From assembly GCA_963669175.1 (NCBI GenBank), contig OY769902.1, forward strand, positions 4,000,001 to 4,064,000: a stretch of 64,000 nucleotides of DNA. The letters are read 5' to 3'. This document shows positions 49,528-60,614 of this stretch, piece by piece. The notes under the pieces are model-generated. The model was given only the letters and a program-made list of their open reading frames with translations. It did no database searches and was not told the DNA's origin. This stretch comes from a bacterium (GTDB taxonomy: Bacteria; Electryoneota; Electryoneia; Electryoneales; Electryoneaceae). Position numbers and translations under genes: made by a program. How positions within the stretch are numbered: position 1 is the stretch's first letter; every line of letters begins with the position of its first letter.

Positions 49528-49840
49528 GTCTCCCGGTCAAGCCAGGGATGACATGCGTGACAGGTAGCCCGGCCATGCCTGGCCGGGAAAAACCTCCCCG
49601 GAGCTAATATAGCTGTTCTCGATTTTATTCCGTCATAATGGAGATTGCCGGGAAAAGGGGACGGGATCCTTTTCCTCGCGCTTATGCAGAATATTTCTGA
49701 AGTATTTCTGGAAAAGGAAACTGTCCCCTTTGCCGTGTAATTCCTGCCTGCTCTCAAGAAAAAGGGTACAGCCACCTTTCCCGATCCATGCTCACACCGG
49801 GAAGGCTTTGCCCCAGGGAAAGGAAACTGTCCCCTTTTTC
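49528..49840. repeat. Cluster of three REP-like families
   Basis: Reverse TGTCATCCCTGGCTTGACCGGGAGAC (49528-53); GTAG-CCCGGCCA-TGCC-TGGCCGGG (49564-87); GGGGAC/CTGTCCCC element (49646-49840). Confidence 0.8.
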
Positions 49841-49929
49841 CATCTCCTTTTTTACAACTATATCGTTGATCTTTCACTGATATGGAACAAGACCATATGA
49901 CGGATTAATAATGGGAATCCCTATAAACA

Positions 49930-49969
49930 TACAACAGGGACAAATCTCCCCGGATCTGTCCCTGTTGTA
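49930..49969 (-). terminator. Hairpin terminator after the C25 gene
   Basis: TACAACAGGGACA...TGTCCCTGTTGTA, 13-bp stem. Confidence 0.7.
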
Positions 49970-50000
49970 ACGATATCAAGTTATATCTGCTGTCAAAAGT

Positions 50001-53000
50001 TTACTTCATCAGTACGATCTTCCGTGTTTCCCGCAACGGTCCTGCGTTGAGGTGCAGGAAGTAGATACCGCTGGCGAAGCGTGAACCGTCGAAAGTCACC
50101 GTATGGCGTCCGCTCTGCATCGGCTGATCTACCAGGCGCACAACTTCCTGTCCCAGCAGGTTGTACACGCTCAGGCGGACATCTGCGGTATTTTTCAATG
50201 CAAAAGCGACCGTAGTGCTCGGGTTGAACGGGTTCGGGTATGCGCCTTCGAAGGCCCATTCTAACGGTTGCGCTTCACCGGGCTGATCATCTTCAATATC
50301 CGTACCCGGAACCGTCATCACGATATGCACAAAATTATCTTCCGCAATACAGGCATCGTGATCGTAACGGATGTAGATATCGTATTTCTCCGGCGGCAGG
50401 TTACCGGCGGTCATTTCAACGACAACTTCCTGGGAATCTCCAGGTGCAATGGTTCCTTCTGTCGTGTTAAGGTGAATCCAGGCGTCAAACTGTTCGACTT
50501 CCCAGAGTTGCACATGATCCTGATCGCCGCCATCCATCAGGCTGGCAAACATCCAGATCTGGGGGTTCCACAGGTAGCTGATGCAAGCGCCGCAAGGAAC
50601 CACGCCATCATATTCATACGAATTCACCTGCATGGTATCACCTGATTCCGGATTCATCTTGATGATCCAGCCCTCATTGTCCCCGTTGACATAGGCGATG
50701 AAGTAGAGGTTATAGCCATCTTCGTCTTCCGGGAACCATGCTGCGCCACGCGGTGAGAAACCTTGTCCGAATTCGCGCAAGGTATTGCTGCTGTCAGGAT
50801 GCACGACACGAATTTCTGTGCCGTAATCGCCGACAAAGAAATTGCCTGTTTCCGGATCTTTGGCGATGTAACGTGCCGGGTTGGTCGGAATCTCGAAGGT
50901 GCTGACAGTTTCCCAGGTGCTGTCTTGTTCAACGAATGACATCTGGTACATGGTGGAACCATCAGCGCCGTACATGTATTCGCCATCCCATTCCAGGCCA
51001 TAAAACCCCTGGGAAGACCGATTCTCCGCCGGAACCGGCTGATCACAGGTTTTGAGAAGTTCACCCGTGCGTGAGTACATGTACATCTTGTTCGGACCGG
51101 ACACATCGTAGTTGTTCGAGCCGCTGAACCAGAAGTTCTTTCCATCGAACTCCACACCACGGTGGTGCATATCATCGTCTGTCAGGTCAAAGTTGTACAC
51201 TGCATCCCACTCGTCATCCAGCTCATCACTGGTGGTGCGTTCAACACCGGCTCCCGATCCCGGTTTTCCTGTGGTCGACTCATCCGGTTCGAAATCATAA
51301 TGAGCATCCCAGTTCATAACACCATTACCGGGATTATAAACCCACATGGAATGTGTAGCTGTTTCCGTCCCCTGCAGCGAATCACTGATGGCTAAAGGCT
51401 CAACAACAAACTCCGGGTGGTTCAGTTCGAAATCCACGTTCAGGGTTTCGTTTTCAGTAACTGTTAAAACCTGGTTGAACAGGGTATTGTAACAGTCAGC
51501 TTCAATGTTAAACGTAACCGGTCCAATCATCACGTTTTCGAGGAAATAGTTCCCTTCAGCATCAGTAAAGGCTTCGAAAAGACCGTTCTCCGTACCGATC
51601 AAGGCGCCAACCACAGGATCGCCTGATCCGGCAGCGGAGATATTCCCCTGGATATGTCCGACAATCAGCGGAATGTTTGTGGTAAACAGGATAGCACGAC
51701 CGTCCTCGATTGTAGCGGACCCGGCCGTATACTCGTTCCAGTAGGAAATGAGGATACCATCACTCTGAGTTTCATTTTCGATGCCGGTTGTCCAGAATGG
51801 CACATCATACATCGGGTACCCGTCACCGTTGGTAGAATGTTGCACATGGTTGTACTGGAACAGAATGTCGTTATCACCAGTCCATGTCGGCCTTTCATCC
51901 TGGCTGTAGATGATCAATTCAAAAGTACAGGAATAACTGGCGTTGGCATGCTTCATATCATACCACTCGATGATGAAGCGGCCATTGGGGCTATCATGGT
52001 AATACAGAATATCAGTTGAGTTGGCTGTGCGGAGTTCATCCCAGTAAACCGCAAGCATGTTGTTTGGTCCCAGCGGACTTGGGATTGTCCAGTTCCTCGA
52101 CAGGGTTACATCCGCATTCCGTCCAAATGCAGCGTAGCCGTTTGTAGTGATTGAGATTTCATCGAAAGCCTGCCCATAGTATTGCACATCAAACGGAAGA
52201 TCAATGGTACAGCCATCGTCAGCATTTTCAGTTGCATCGCTCAGGTTCAGAGAATGCCCGACATAATCTTCATCAGCATCTGGATTAATCTCAACCCAGT
52301 TGTATGTCGGCGCGAATTCTTCGTAACCGGTATCCGTATTATCAAAGGCAAAATAGCCATAGTTGTCCGGTCCATTCGGATCGGTTGATTCACGAGTGCC
52401 CACTTCAACTGGAATGCCAACCGTATCCACATTGCCATCATTTGTAGTCACAACCATGTGAATCCAGCCGACATACCCAGGCATTGCTCCCTCGTGGGCT
52501 TCAAGTGCAAATGAACCGGTAGCTGTCTGGTTGACAACCATGGCGCTCAGATTGTCTTCAGCCTGCGAGATGCGGACGTACGGGTCATTGCTGTACAGGT
52601 AAGCAGTAGACGTTGAAGCGGTGTTACCACCAATATTACGAACAGTTATATCCGCATTACTGATTTCGCCCGGGTTAAAGGAACCGTCAATATCAAGTTC
52701 AACGAACCCATAAGCAGGCGCCTGTACATTGATTTCACAGGCGTCCTCGAAATCACCTGCGGAGGTTTCCGCCGTAAGGTTCAGATGCAGAATCCAATCA
52801 TGCTGTGCTTCCGGATCAATTTCCACAAGGATCAAGCCATTGCCCTCGGCTTGAGCATCAGCAGCCAGCGTTGTCAGGGTGATACTGCCGCTCACTGAAG
52901 TGATCCAGTCTTCATTTTCTTCGGCGCTTACTTCGATATTCGTAACCGCAGAGGTGCCGTAGTTCTTCAGCTCCATCTGCAAGCCGACCGTTTCACCCGC

Positions 53001-55049
53001 ATCCGGCACACCATCACCGTCGCCGCTTGTACCGCCTGTACCATTATCCACATAGCTGATATCAATCCAACCGACGCGAGAAGTCGGATCCTGAACATCG
53101 ATATCAATCTGTTCCGGTTTGTAATGACGTTTAACAACTGTCACAGTAGCTTCACCAGGCGCACGAACCATGGCTTCGAGGGTTACAAGGCCATCAGCAT
53201 CCGTAAGCTTGGTTACCTGGATTTCTTCACCTTCGCTGTACTTGTAGAATGTGACAAGCGCATCCGCGACAGGCCCATTATTATCAACAACTTCAACAGT
53301 GATTGAGTTTTCGCCAAGTTCCAACTCTTCAACCACGTCAACGGTCAAGTAGCGCGGGACATCTACCCAGGTCCAGATCGTGGGGTCGCCCATGAGATTG
53401 AACCATTGCAGGAAGTTGTTAATACCGGAATCGTCATGACCATGATAATTGGCCCAGCCATTGACTTTTCCCATATATATCATGTCGCCCAGGGCCGGCA
53501 TTTCAAGTTGCATCATTGCCCAGCAGGCGCCGCCTGAAACACAGTTGTTGTAGTTTGGTTCCGTGGAAGTCGTCGCCATGGACATGCCACATACACCACC
53601 GGTTGGCACAGCAACAGTTCCCGCACGCATGTAGCATTCGTTGATACCTGTGCTGCCTGCCCAGTCGCCGGTTCCGCAGGTAACATCTACAACAACCGGC
53701 GTCATGTAATCATTGTCCAGATTGTTGATCTGTGTACACGTTATTCCCGAGTTGTAATAACCACGGGCACAGTAGAAGCTGACGCCATCGTTAATTCTCT
53801 GGATGGCAACATTGTTACCGATATTGTAGGATGTATCAACCTGGGCATAGCCCAAAGCCAGCATGGCATGACGTACATATCGCAACATGACAATCTTGCT
53901 GATGCCTGCGTGCGAATCCGAACGATTCAACATGCCACGATTGTACCATGTCGTATCGGCCATGTAAGGATCACGCTCATAGTTGAACACCTTGCTGTTG
54001 TACTTCGCAATATCTTGAACGCTATTGACCGAAATACGTCCAACACCAACATCAGCAAGGTTATCATTACCTGCCAGTTCAGAATAGGGTTGATCACCAG
54101 GTCCATACCCGGAGGCGCCTGGCGGTGTTGGGAATGAGCCGCCATCATCACCGATAATGACGACGTAATCGAACTTGGGATCCGATGCTTCGAACCGTTC
54201 TTCAAGTTCATCCTTAATTGAGGCAGCCGACCAGTTGACATCGCTATCGGTCAGGAAGTCCAGCACCCATCCACGCTGACGTTTCCATTCAATCCAATCT
54301 TCCAGCGCTGCCCACAGAACGGGGTCATCCTGCATCACCACCTGGACATGCCCACGATACAGGGTGTATTCATCCAGCTCATCATCATCCCAATCGAGAA
54401 GCAGCCTGTAAGCCGGGAGGAAAGCTTCGCTGATCTTGGTGGGCCAGTGTGAAATGACGTTCCTGTTATCTATACCTTCAAACCTGATATCGACTTCAAT
54501 ATTGGTGTAAACCCTGACTTCCCTGCGAGCAGTATTCACCTGCACGGGATAGGTCACGAGATTTGCCACTCGGAAATCATGGAAAACGGCCGGTTCACCA
54601 ACCTTGGCCAATTCTCCAGGATACCACTCATCAACCGGATTATCTGTCGGGGCAAAGATTTCATCCAGTCCCTGTCCCAGGTAGGTGGCATAATCGACAT
54701 CGGAATACACCTGGTATTCTGCATCGACAACCTCAACCACGACCCCTGATTGCGGTGGGATACGGAACATACGCCCGGTAACAGGAACAACAGGCATTCC
54801 GATATCTGTTGTCGCGCCTGCCAACGAATAACTGACCACCTCAGCTTCCGAACCCGATTCACCGACAGTAAACCATTCGGGGTCATTTACCTGGAGACTG
54901 AGCTGCATTCTATCGGATGACAGTACGCGCTGTTCTACTTGCAGGGGGATGGAGTTTTGTGCCGCGAACTCATCAACTTTCCGTGTTGTTCCGAGCACAA
55001 GACTGGCAGTTAAAACGAGGCCAAGCACAACGGTTACAAAGCGCTTCAT
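50001..55049 (-). CDS. C25 (gingipain-like, clan CD) peptidase-family protein with propeptide, Ig-like and propeller domains and T9SS-like CTD
   Basis: GMPVVP propeptide, WK.QRG, YVVIIGD, VGRIS, K.FNYE, TCGTG, FNLMGDPT, GPDNYGY, AYPNPFNP. Confidence 0.88.
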   Translation of the reverse strand: MKRFVTVVLGLVLTASLVLGTTRKVDEFAAQNSIPLQVEQRVLSSDRMQLSLQVNDPEWFTVGESGSEAEVVSYSLAGATTDIGMPVVPVTGRMFRIPPQSGVVVEVVDAEYQVYSDVDYATYLGQGLDEIFAPTDNPVDEWYPGELAKVGEPAVFHDFRVANLVTYPVQVNTARREVRVYTNIEVDIRFEGIDNRNVISHWPTKISEAFLPAYRLLLDWDDDELDEYTLYRGHVQVVMQDDPVLWAALEDWIEWKRQRGWVLDFLTDSDVNWSAASIKDELEERFEASDPKFDYVVIIGDDGGSFPTPPGASGYGPGDQPYSELAGNDNLADVGVGRISVNSVQDIAKYNSKVFNYERDPYMADTTWYNRGMLNRSDSHAGISKIVMLRYVRHAMLALGYAQVDTSYNIGNNVAIQRINDGVSFYCARGYYNSGITCTQINNLDNDYMTPVVVDVTCGTGDWAGSTGINECYMRAGTVAVPTGGVCGMSMATTSTEPNYNNCVSGGACWAMMQLEMPALGDMIYMGKVNGWANYHGHDDSGINNFLQWFNLMGDPTIWTWVDVPRYLTVDVVEELELGENSITVEVVDNNGPVADALVTFYKYSEGEEIQVTKLTDADGLVTLEAMVRAPGEATVTVVKRHYKPEQIDIDVQDPTSRVGWIDISYVDNGTGGTSGDGDGVPDAGETVGLQMELKNYGTSAVTNIEVSAEENEDWITSVSGSITLTTLAADAQAEGNGLILVEIDPEAQHDWILHLNLTAETSAGDFEDACEINVQAPAYGFVELDIDGSFNPGEISNADITVRNIGGNTASTSTAYLYSNDPYVRISQAEDNLSAMVVNQTATGSFALEAHEGAMPGYVGWIHMVVTTNDGNVDTVGIPVEVGTRESTDPNGPDNYGYFAFDNTDTGYEEFAPTYNWVEINPDADEDYVGHSLNLSDATENADDGCTIDLPFDVQYYGQAFDEISITTNGYAAFGRNADVTLSRNWTIPSPLGPNNMLAVYWDELRTANSTDILYYHDSPNGRFIIEWYDMKHANASYSCTFELIIYSQDERPTWTGDNDILFQYNHVQHSTNGDGYPMYDVPFWTTGIENETQSDGILISYWNEYTAGSATIEDGRAILFTTNIPLIVGHIQGNISAAGSGDPVVGALIGTENGLFEAFTDAEGNYFLENVMIGPVTFNIEADCYNTLFNQVLTVTENETLNVDFELNHPEFVVEPLAISDSLQGTETATHSMWVYNPGNGVMNWDAHYDFEPDESTTGKPGSGAGVERTTSDELDDEWDAVYNFDLTDDDMHHRGVEFDGKNFWFSGSNNYDVSGPNKMYMYSRTGELLKTCDQPVPAENRSSQGFYGLEWDGEYMYGADGSTMYQMSFVEQDSTWETVSTFEIPTNPARYIAKDPETGNFFVGDYGTEIRVVHPDSSNTLREFGQGFSPRGAAWFPEDEDGYNLYFIAYVNGDNEGWIIKMNPESGDTMQVNSYEYDGVVPCGACISYLWNPQIWMFASLMDGGDQDHVQLWEVEQFDAWIHLNTTEGTIAPGDSQEVVVEMTAGNLPPEKYDIYIRYDHDACIAEDNFVHIVMTVPGTDIEDDQPGEAQPLEWAFEGAYPNPFNPSTTVAFALKNTADVRLSVYNLLGQEVVRLVDQPMQSGRHTVTFDGSRFASGIYFLHLNAGPLRETRKIVLMK

Positions 55050-55164
55050 GCGTTTTCCTCCAAGCGGGCAAATCAGGGTTCACGGTTAAGAAAACAAAAA
55101 AGCACCCAACCAGGTGCACGTTTGTTTTCAGATCAATGGCGCCACGTGCTATAAATAAACTAGT

Positions 55165-55193
55165 AAGAAAAACCTCCCTTACGACAGGGAGGT
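55165..55193 (-). terminator. Terminator after the M14 gene
   Basis: Minus strand ACCTCCCT-GTCGTA-AGGGAGGT-TTTT. Confidence 0.7.
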
Positions 55194-55249
55194 ATATACA
55201 AAAACAGAAAAAAACTGAGCCACAGTTCCCAAAGGAGCCTGTTCTTCCT

Positions 55250-57547
55250 TTACTTCAACAATACCAATTTGCGCCAAACAGAATGACTCTCTTTGTCACC
55301 GTTCATTTGTACCCTGGCAAAGTAGAAGCCGGATGACCACGTTGTTCCATTCAGCGCAACGGTCATCACACCAGCCTGTTGCTTGCGGTAAATCCCAGAA
55401 TATACTTCACGTCCCAGAATGTCAAATACCGTTACATCTACCTGGGCGGTGGCAGGCAAAGTTACACGCAATGACGTTTCCGGATTGAATGGATTCGGAT
55501 AGGCTTCTGAAACAGCGAATTCATCTGGCAATCCAGTAGCCTCATCAAGCACAAAGTCCGTCGTATCCGGGATAGTATCGAATACTGTCGCTACAAGTGT
55601 AGACCACTCTGAGACCTGCCCCTGGGCATCTTTTGTTCTTGCCTTGTACCACCTGGTTTCAGGTATCGCAAGACTGTCCGGGTATTCGACAGACCAACTG
55701 GTATCTGTAGCGCTCGAAACCAGGAGGTTGATCGATTCAAATCCAAGGACTGGCGAGACGTTATCAATGACTATCCCGTATTCGTTCACGTAAGTGTCCG
55801 TGATATAGCTGAAACGAATGAGAATATCCTGCCCGGTATAATCATTCAACGGGAACACAGCCTCGGTCCATTCATCAATGAAACCGGTGATTCCATTGCC
55901 AAGGTTCGCGCCATTGGGATCTTCATCAGTGGTTATATTACCAGCCAGGTTCACCCAGGAGACGCCGTCAGTAGATGCCTTTACGTACGCATAATCCCAC
56001 CCGTCTTCGATTTCATAGATACAGTGGAATCGAAGCGTGTCATTGTCCTCAACATGGTAATAGTTCATCGATGTCATGGAGTTGTTCAGGTTTGCCCCAG
56101 ATCCAGACGAATATGCCGCAGGCGCTGAATAGCAGAGATCGCCGGTGACATAAAACCCATCAAAATCCCAGAGATTCAGGTAGGTATCAGGATTAACCAT
56201 GTCCTCGTAGAAAGGAAACATCATTTCCTGGAGGTCAAAGGTATAGGGTGCGTTCAGGTCAAGTTCATCTGTATTTAACCAGGCCACCTCGAAATCATCA
56301 TACACGGTATCGGGCGCAGACACTACTGGTGCGGTAGGAATTCGTAAGGATTCCAACATGCTTGCCATTCGCAAAACAGCCATCATCGGTGCAAGCTGCG
56401 CTTCTGTGAGATCATCGATACGATTTGTTGCAGGCCAGAACCCATCCTGCGCCGAACCAACTTCGAAAACAAAACCAAATGTATTGTAATCACAAGCGCC
56501 CTCTTGCCAGTCAGTAGCATCACCGTTTACAGCGTAGAGGATATCAGGCGCGCGTCCATGAGACCAGCCAAGAGTTTCGTTCAGCGTATCTGTCAGGACT
56601 TCATATAGTTCCAGGTCTTCCGGCAATTCGTCAACATCATAGGCGTATGGATACAATATCAGGTTGCTGTAGGAGTGATAGTTGATAATAATTTTGAACT
56701 CATGTGCATTGATGAAATCCATCATGGCCTGGGTTTCAGGTTCCGAACCTGCCGTCACCCCACGGTACGTTGTGGCCGAGGGATTTGGGGAACTGCCTTC
56801 ATTATCGTAGCCCCACATGTAGGGCCAGTTGCGATTCAGGTCTACTCCCATGATCTGGTTGTTGATCTGGCGTTTGTTCTTGCGCCACATACCGCCGCCA
56901 TTGGGATCGTTTTCTTCGTTGTACGTATACCCGTCGGGGTTTACAACAGGGATCATCCAGATTTCTCTGTCGTTGATCAGGTTTGCCAATTCTGCATCGC
57001 TATCGTAGTTGTCGCAAATATATTCCGTAAAATTCATGAGAATGAGTGGAGTAATGACCTCTCGTGCATGAATAGCAGCATTGAAGAAGACTTCCAGTTC
57101 TTCTTCATCATCATTGGGATTATCACTGATCTTGAATGCCCAGATCGGCCTCTCCTCCAGCGAATAACCAATGGTATCCACTTCGCTGATCAGGTCAGGG
57201 TAGGTTTCCAGCATATCATCATACCACTCACGGATCTCACTCCAGGTGGGATACCCGCCCATGTCATCGAGCTCATAATCCAACCTGCTACGGTAAAATG
57301 CTTCCAGGTCATCCTGTACAACTCTGAAAGAAAGCCCGGTCGTTGATAAACGCTCCACATCACCCGGCCATGCAAGCACCTGGGCTACGGGAGGTTGTAT
57401 ACTCAAGACATCAAAACCACCGGCGAGAAGCTGAGAAGCAGAATTTCTATCTGTGATATCCACTTCCAGCAGTTGAGTCGCAAATGCAGAAGTCGCTATC
57501 AACAGTACCGCCAGCGCGCAACCGATAAACCGTGCTCGTTTTACCAT
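55250..57547 (-). CDS. M14 zinc carboxypeptidase (carboxypeptidase T-like) with InhA-like beta-sandwich and T9SS-like CTD
   Basis: IHARE, PVVNPDGY, WRKN, GVDLNRN, SEPET, HSYS, FEVG; EDGWDY; AYPNPFNP. Confidence 0.92.
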   Translation of the reverse strand: MVKRARFIGCALAVLLIATSAFATQLLEVDITDRNSASQLLAGGFDVLSIQPPVAQVLAWPGDVERLSTTGLSFRVVQDDLEAFYRSRLDYELDDMGGYPTWSEIREWYDDMLETYPDLISEVDTIGYSLEERPIWAFKISDNPNDDEEELEVFFNAAIHAREVITPLILMNFTEYICDNYDSDAELANLINDREIWMIPVVNPDGYTYNEENDPNGGGMWRKNKRQINNQIMGVDLNRNWPYMWGYDNEGSSPNPSATTYRGVTAGSEPETQAMMDFINAHEFKIIINYHSYSNLILYPYAYDVDELPEDLELYEVLTDTLNETLGWSHGRAPDILYAVNGDATDWQEGACDYNTFGFVFEVGSAQDGFWPATNRIDDLTEAQLAPMMAVLRMASMLESLRIPTAPVVSAPDTVYDDFEVAWLNTDELDLNAPYTFDLQEMMFPFYEDMVNPDTYLNLWDFDGFYVTGDLCYSAPAAYSSGSGANLNNSMTSMNYYHVEDNDTLRFHCIYEIEDGWDYAYVKASTDGVSWVNLAGNITTDEDPNGANLGNGITGFIDEWTEAVFPLNDYTGQDILIRFSYITDTYVNEYGIVIDNVSPVLGFESINLLVSSATDTSWSVEYPDSLAIPETRWYKARTKDAQGQVSEWSTLVATVFDTIPDTTDFVLDEATGLPDEFAVSEAYPNPFNPETSLRVTLPATAQVDVTVFDILGREVYSGIYRKQQAGVMTVALNGTTWSSGFYFARVQMNGDKESHSVWRKLVLLK

Positions 57548-57626
57548 GTTCCCTTTTCCTCATCTTTTGTCAGCAAGCAGGAATAATATAGTGACCCATA
57601 TCGAATTCAGTCTACACGCTTAGCAC

Positions 57627-57663
57627 AAAAAAAACAGACCGCTCACGAATCGCAAGCGGTCTG
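57627..57663 (-). terminator. Terminator after the MCP gene
   Basis: Minus strand CAGACCGCT...AGCGGTCTG followed by T8. Confidence 0.8.
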
Positions 57664-57696
57664 ATGGCACTCAACTGGTAGATCATTTGCTGATCA

Positions 57697-60168
57697 TTAG
57701 AAGCTACCGAAATCAGCATCGTCAAGGGCAATCACTTCTTCCGGTCGAACCTCGCCCGACTTTTTCCCATTTCCAATTGCTTTCCTTGGCGCCCCACCCC
57801 ATTCGGAATCAGAACGACGTTTTTTCGGTTCAGATGGGATTGCCCGCCCTATCATCTTCGGCCGTGAATCCGACTTCAGTTTGAACTTGGACAGCATTTG
57901 CTTCAGATGCACTGCCTGGCTTGACAATTCTTCCGCCGCCGACGCGCTTTCTTCAGCATTGGATGTATTTCCCTGGGTAACTTGTTCTACCTGTTGCAAC
58001 GCTTCATTGATCTGGTCAATTCCCTGGGTCTGTTCGTTTGAAGCCATTGAGATATCACCGATCAGGTCGTTCACCTTGGTGATGCCATCGACAATCTCCC
58101 CAAGCGCCTCCGCGGTTTCGTTGGCGATTTTGGCCCCGGCTTCTACTCTCTTGCCGGATCCCTCGATCAGTTCAGTCGTCTCCTTGGCTGCTGTCGCGGA
58201 ACGCTGTGCAAGATTACGCACTTCATCCGCGACCACGGCAAATCCCTTCCCGTGGACACCGGCACGCGCCGCTTCCACTGCCGCATTCAACGCAAGCAGG
58301 TTAGTCTGGAAGGCAATCTCATCGATCACCTTGATGATCTTGGAAATCTCGGTTGAACTGCTGTTGATGTCCTGCATTGCATTGAGCATCTGCTGCATCT
58401 GGCTATTCCCCTTTTCAGCAGAATTACGCGCATCATCAGCAAGACGATTTGCCTGTCCGGCATTCTCTGCGTTCAACTTGGTTTGAGATCCAATCTGCGT
58501 CATGGTTGAGGTGATCTCTTCCAGCGAGCTGGCCTGTTCAGTGGCCCCTTGCGACAATGACTGGCTGGAATCAGAAACCTCCTGTGAACCGGAAGACACC
58601 TGGTCTACTGCCAAGGCAACCTGTGACAGAATATCGTTGAGCCCTGCGCATGTATTCTGAAGTCCGGTTGCGATATCTGCAAAGGAATCCCGTACCGCAC
58701 GTGTATCTTCATCAGCCTCTTCAATCTCATAGTGGACGGTAAGATCACCATCCGCCACATTGGACAAAACATCCGAAATCTTCCGTACTTCATGCGCCTG
58801 GAATTTCGCCACTTTGTCCGCTTTCTTCTGCGCACGCTTGATATCTGTCTGGTCCGACACAATTTCAAGCGCACCAATCACTTCACCCTTCAGGTCTTTC
58901 ACTGGAACACCGACATAGGATATCTCAAGCTCTGTGCCGGCTTGTGGAGTAGCCTGGGTTTCGCTCTTTTCCATCGCATTGGAACGCATTGCACGAGCAC
59001 ATGCACAGTTGGGCGTATTACAGTCTTTGGTCTTGAAGTGGTCGTAGCATTTCTTACCACGCACCTGGTCAGGGGTTTTCCCGCCAACTGAAGCGCCAAC
59101 GCTATTGATGTATCGAATATTCATCGCCTTGTCGATAATCATTGCCGGTGCGGGAACAGCGTTCAGATGCCCGACGAGTGTCTCGATGACTTCATTACCA
59201 CCCTTGACAATGGCGCTATACGCACCCTTGAACTTCCCTGCATCGCCACGTTTCTCCAGGCGTCCTTCTACTGCGGCGATAACCAGGTTGGAAAACTCTT
59301 CATCAAGTGTCTTCAGTTCTTCACAAACTCTGAGAAGTGACTTGCCAAGAACATCCTGTTCTGAGGCGATCTGGAAATTGCAATCGGTAATACCTTGAGC
59401 CAGGTTTTCCGAGATTTTGACTTTCAGCTTCAAATTGTCCTGCATGGTTCTGAATGAATCAGCCAACTTCCCGATCTCATCCATTTGGTTAATCTGGACA
59501 TCTTCATTCACATTGCCAAGCGCAATCGCATCGGCAGATGCCTGGAGCTTGCGTATGGGAGCTGTGATCGACTTTGTAATCGCCAGAGCAACAATAATAC
59601 TGAGTACAATTCCCAGTGCAATAAACAGGAAGGTGGCGTTCTTGGCGCTGCCTTGCCTGTCAAGCATGATTTGCTTTTCCATCGCACGGAAATCTTCCAC
59701 TTCTTCCAGGACAGTCTTTGCAGTTTGAACAAACGAGTTGTTCAGTTGTGACAGGGAAACCTCATCCATTTCATTATACATGCCGGCGATATAGGCTTCG
59801 CCCGCACGCTTGTAGTTCCCCATAGCGCCACCGATAGCATCAAGCTGTTTCTGAGCTTCTTTGCTACGAGTCTGATGGCGAACCTCCTCAATAAGCTCCT
59901 CGGTACTGGCAATATGTTCTCGCCACCTGTCTATCGAGGTCTTGTTATCGGCCCCGTTGGGACTGATGCCGTAGACATACATACCCATTCGCTCAGTACC
60001 GCAATGCAGCATGTTCTTCACCATACGATTCGCATCATCTGCAATCTCTACAGCATGCTGCACACCATTAAAGCCTCTGACAGCAAATACACCAAGCAAT
60101 ACGGTCAGCACAAGCAAAGCGCCGAAACCAACTGCCAACTTCACGCCTACCTTCATGTTTTTGAGCAT
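57697..60168 (-). CDS. Methyl-accepting chemotaxis protein (2 TM, HAMP, PAS, signalling domain)
   Basis: [42 protein letters not shown]; C-terminal tail DFGSF. Confidence 0.95.
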   Translation of the reverse strand: MLKNMKVGVKLAVGFGALLVLTVLLGVFAVRGFNGVQHAVEIADDANRMVKNMLHCGTERMGMYVYGISPNGADNKTSIDRWREHIASTEELIEEVRHQTRSKEAQKQLDAIGGAMGNYKRAGEAYIAGMYNEMDEVSLSQLNNSFVQTAKTVLEEVEDFRAMEKQIMLDRQGSAKNATFLFIALGIVLSIIVALAITKSITAPIRKLQASADAIALGNVNEDVQINQMDEIGKLADSFRTMQDNLKLKVKISENLAQGITDCNFQIASEQDVLGKSLLRVCEELKTLDEEFSNLVIAAVEGRLEKRGDAGKFKGAYSAIVKGGNEVIETLVGHLNAVPAPAMIIDKAMNIRYINSVGASVGGKTPDQVRGKKCYDHFKTKDCNTPNCACARAMRSNAMEKSETQATPQAGTELEISYVGVPVKDLKGEVIGALEIVSDQTDIKRAQKKADKVAKFQAHEVRKISDVLSNVADGDLTVHYEIEEADEDTRAVRDSFADIATGLQNTCAGLNDILSQVALAVDQVSSGSQEVSDSSQSLSQGATEQASSLEEITSTMTQIGSQTKLNAENAGQANRLADDARNSAEKGNSQMQQMLNAMQDINSSSTEISKIIKVIDEIAFQTNLLALNAAVEAARAGVHGKGFAVVADEVRNLAQRSATAAKETTELIEGSGKRVEAGAKIANETAEALGEIVDGITKVNDLIGDISMASNEQTQGIDQINEALQQVEQVTQGNTSNAEESASAAEELSSQAVHLKQMLSKFKLKSDSRPKMIGRAIPSEPKKRRSDSEWGGAPRKAIGNGKKSGEVRPEEVIALDDADFGSF

Positions 60169-60581
60169 GGCACACCTCCATTGGGTGATGGTAAATGCAA
60201 GCTATCTTTCTCGTTCTTTTTCATGTAACGGCAAAGCCATGTTACCAGGCGGTCCGTATCTACTGGCTTCCGTAAAAACAACACATCCGGAAATTCAGCC
60301 AGCCTTAGACGATGACCAATGAGATCAAATCCAGAAACAAAAACGCAGGGAAGTGAAGGATGAATTTTCCTGATTTCATGAAGCAGGGATTCGCTGTTCA
60401 TACGCGCCATATGCAATTCTGTCATTAAAAAATCGACTCTATTGCTGCTCATCCAGGTCAAGGCAGTTCGTACATCCTCAAATCCTTTAATCCGGAATCC
60501 ACGTGAAGCCAGTGAGAAGGTCATTTCACTCAGGCTCGCCAGATCCTCATCTACAATTACTATTCGTGACGCCATTGTCAC
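60153..60581 (-). CDS. Single-domain (pseudo)receiver protein
   Basis: IVIVDED, FVSG, FLRKPVD; the phosphoacceptor position reads TELHM. Confidence 0.75.
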   Translation of the reverse strand: MTMASRIVIVDEDLASLSEMTFSLASRGFRIKGFEDVRTALTWMSSNRVDFLMTELHMARMNSESLLHEIRKIHPSLPCVFVSGFDLIGHRLRLAEFPDVLFLRKPVDTDRLVTWLCRYMKKNEKDSLHLPSPNGGVPCSKT

Positions 60582-60614
60582 CTCATTCCTTACCCCAAAG
60601 CTATTACTGCATTT

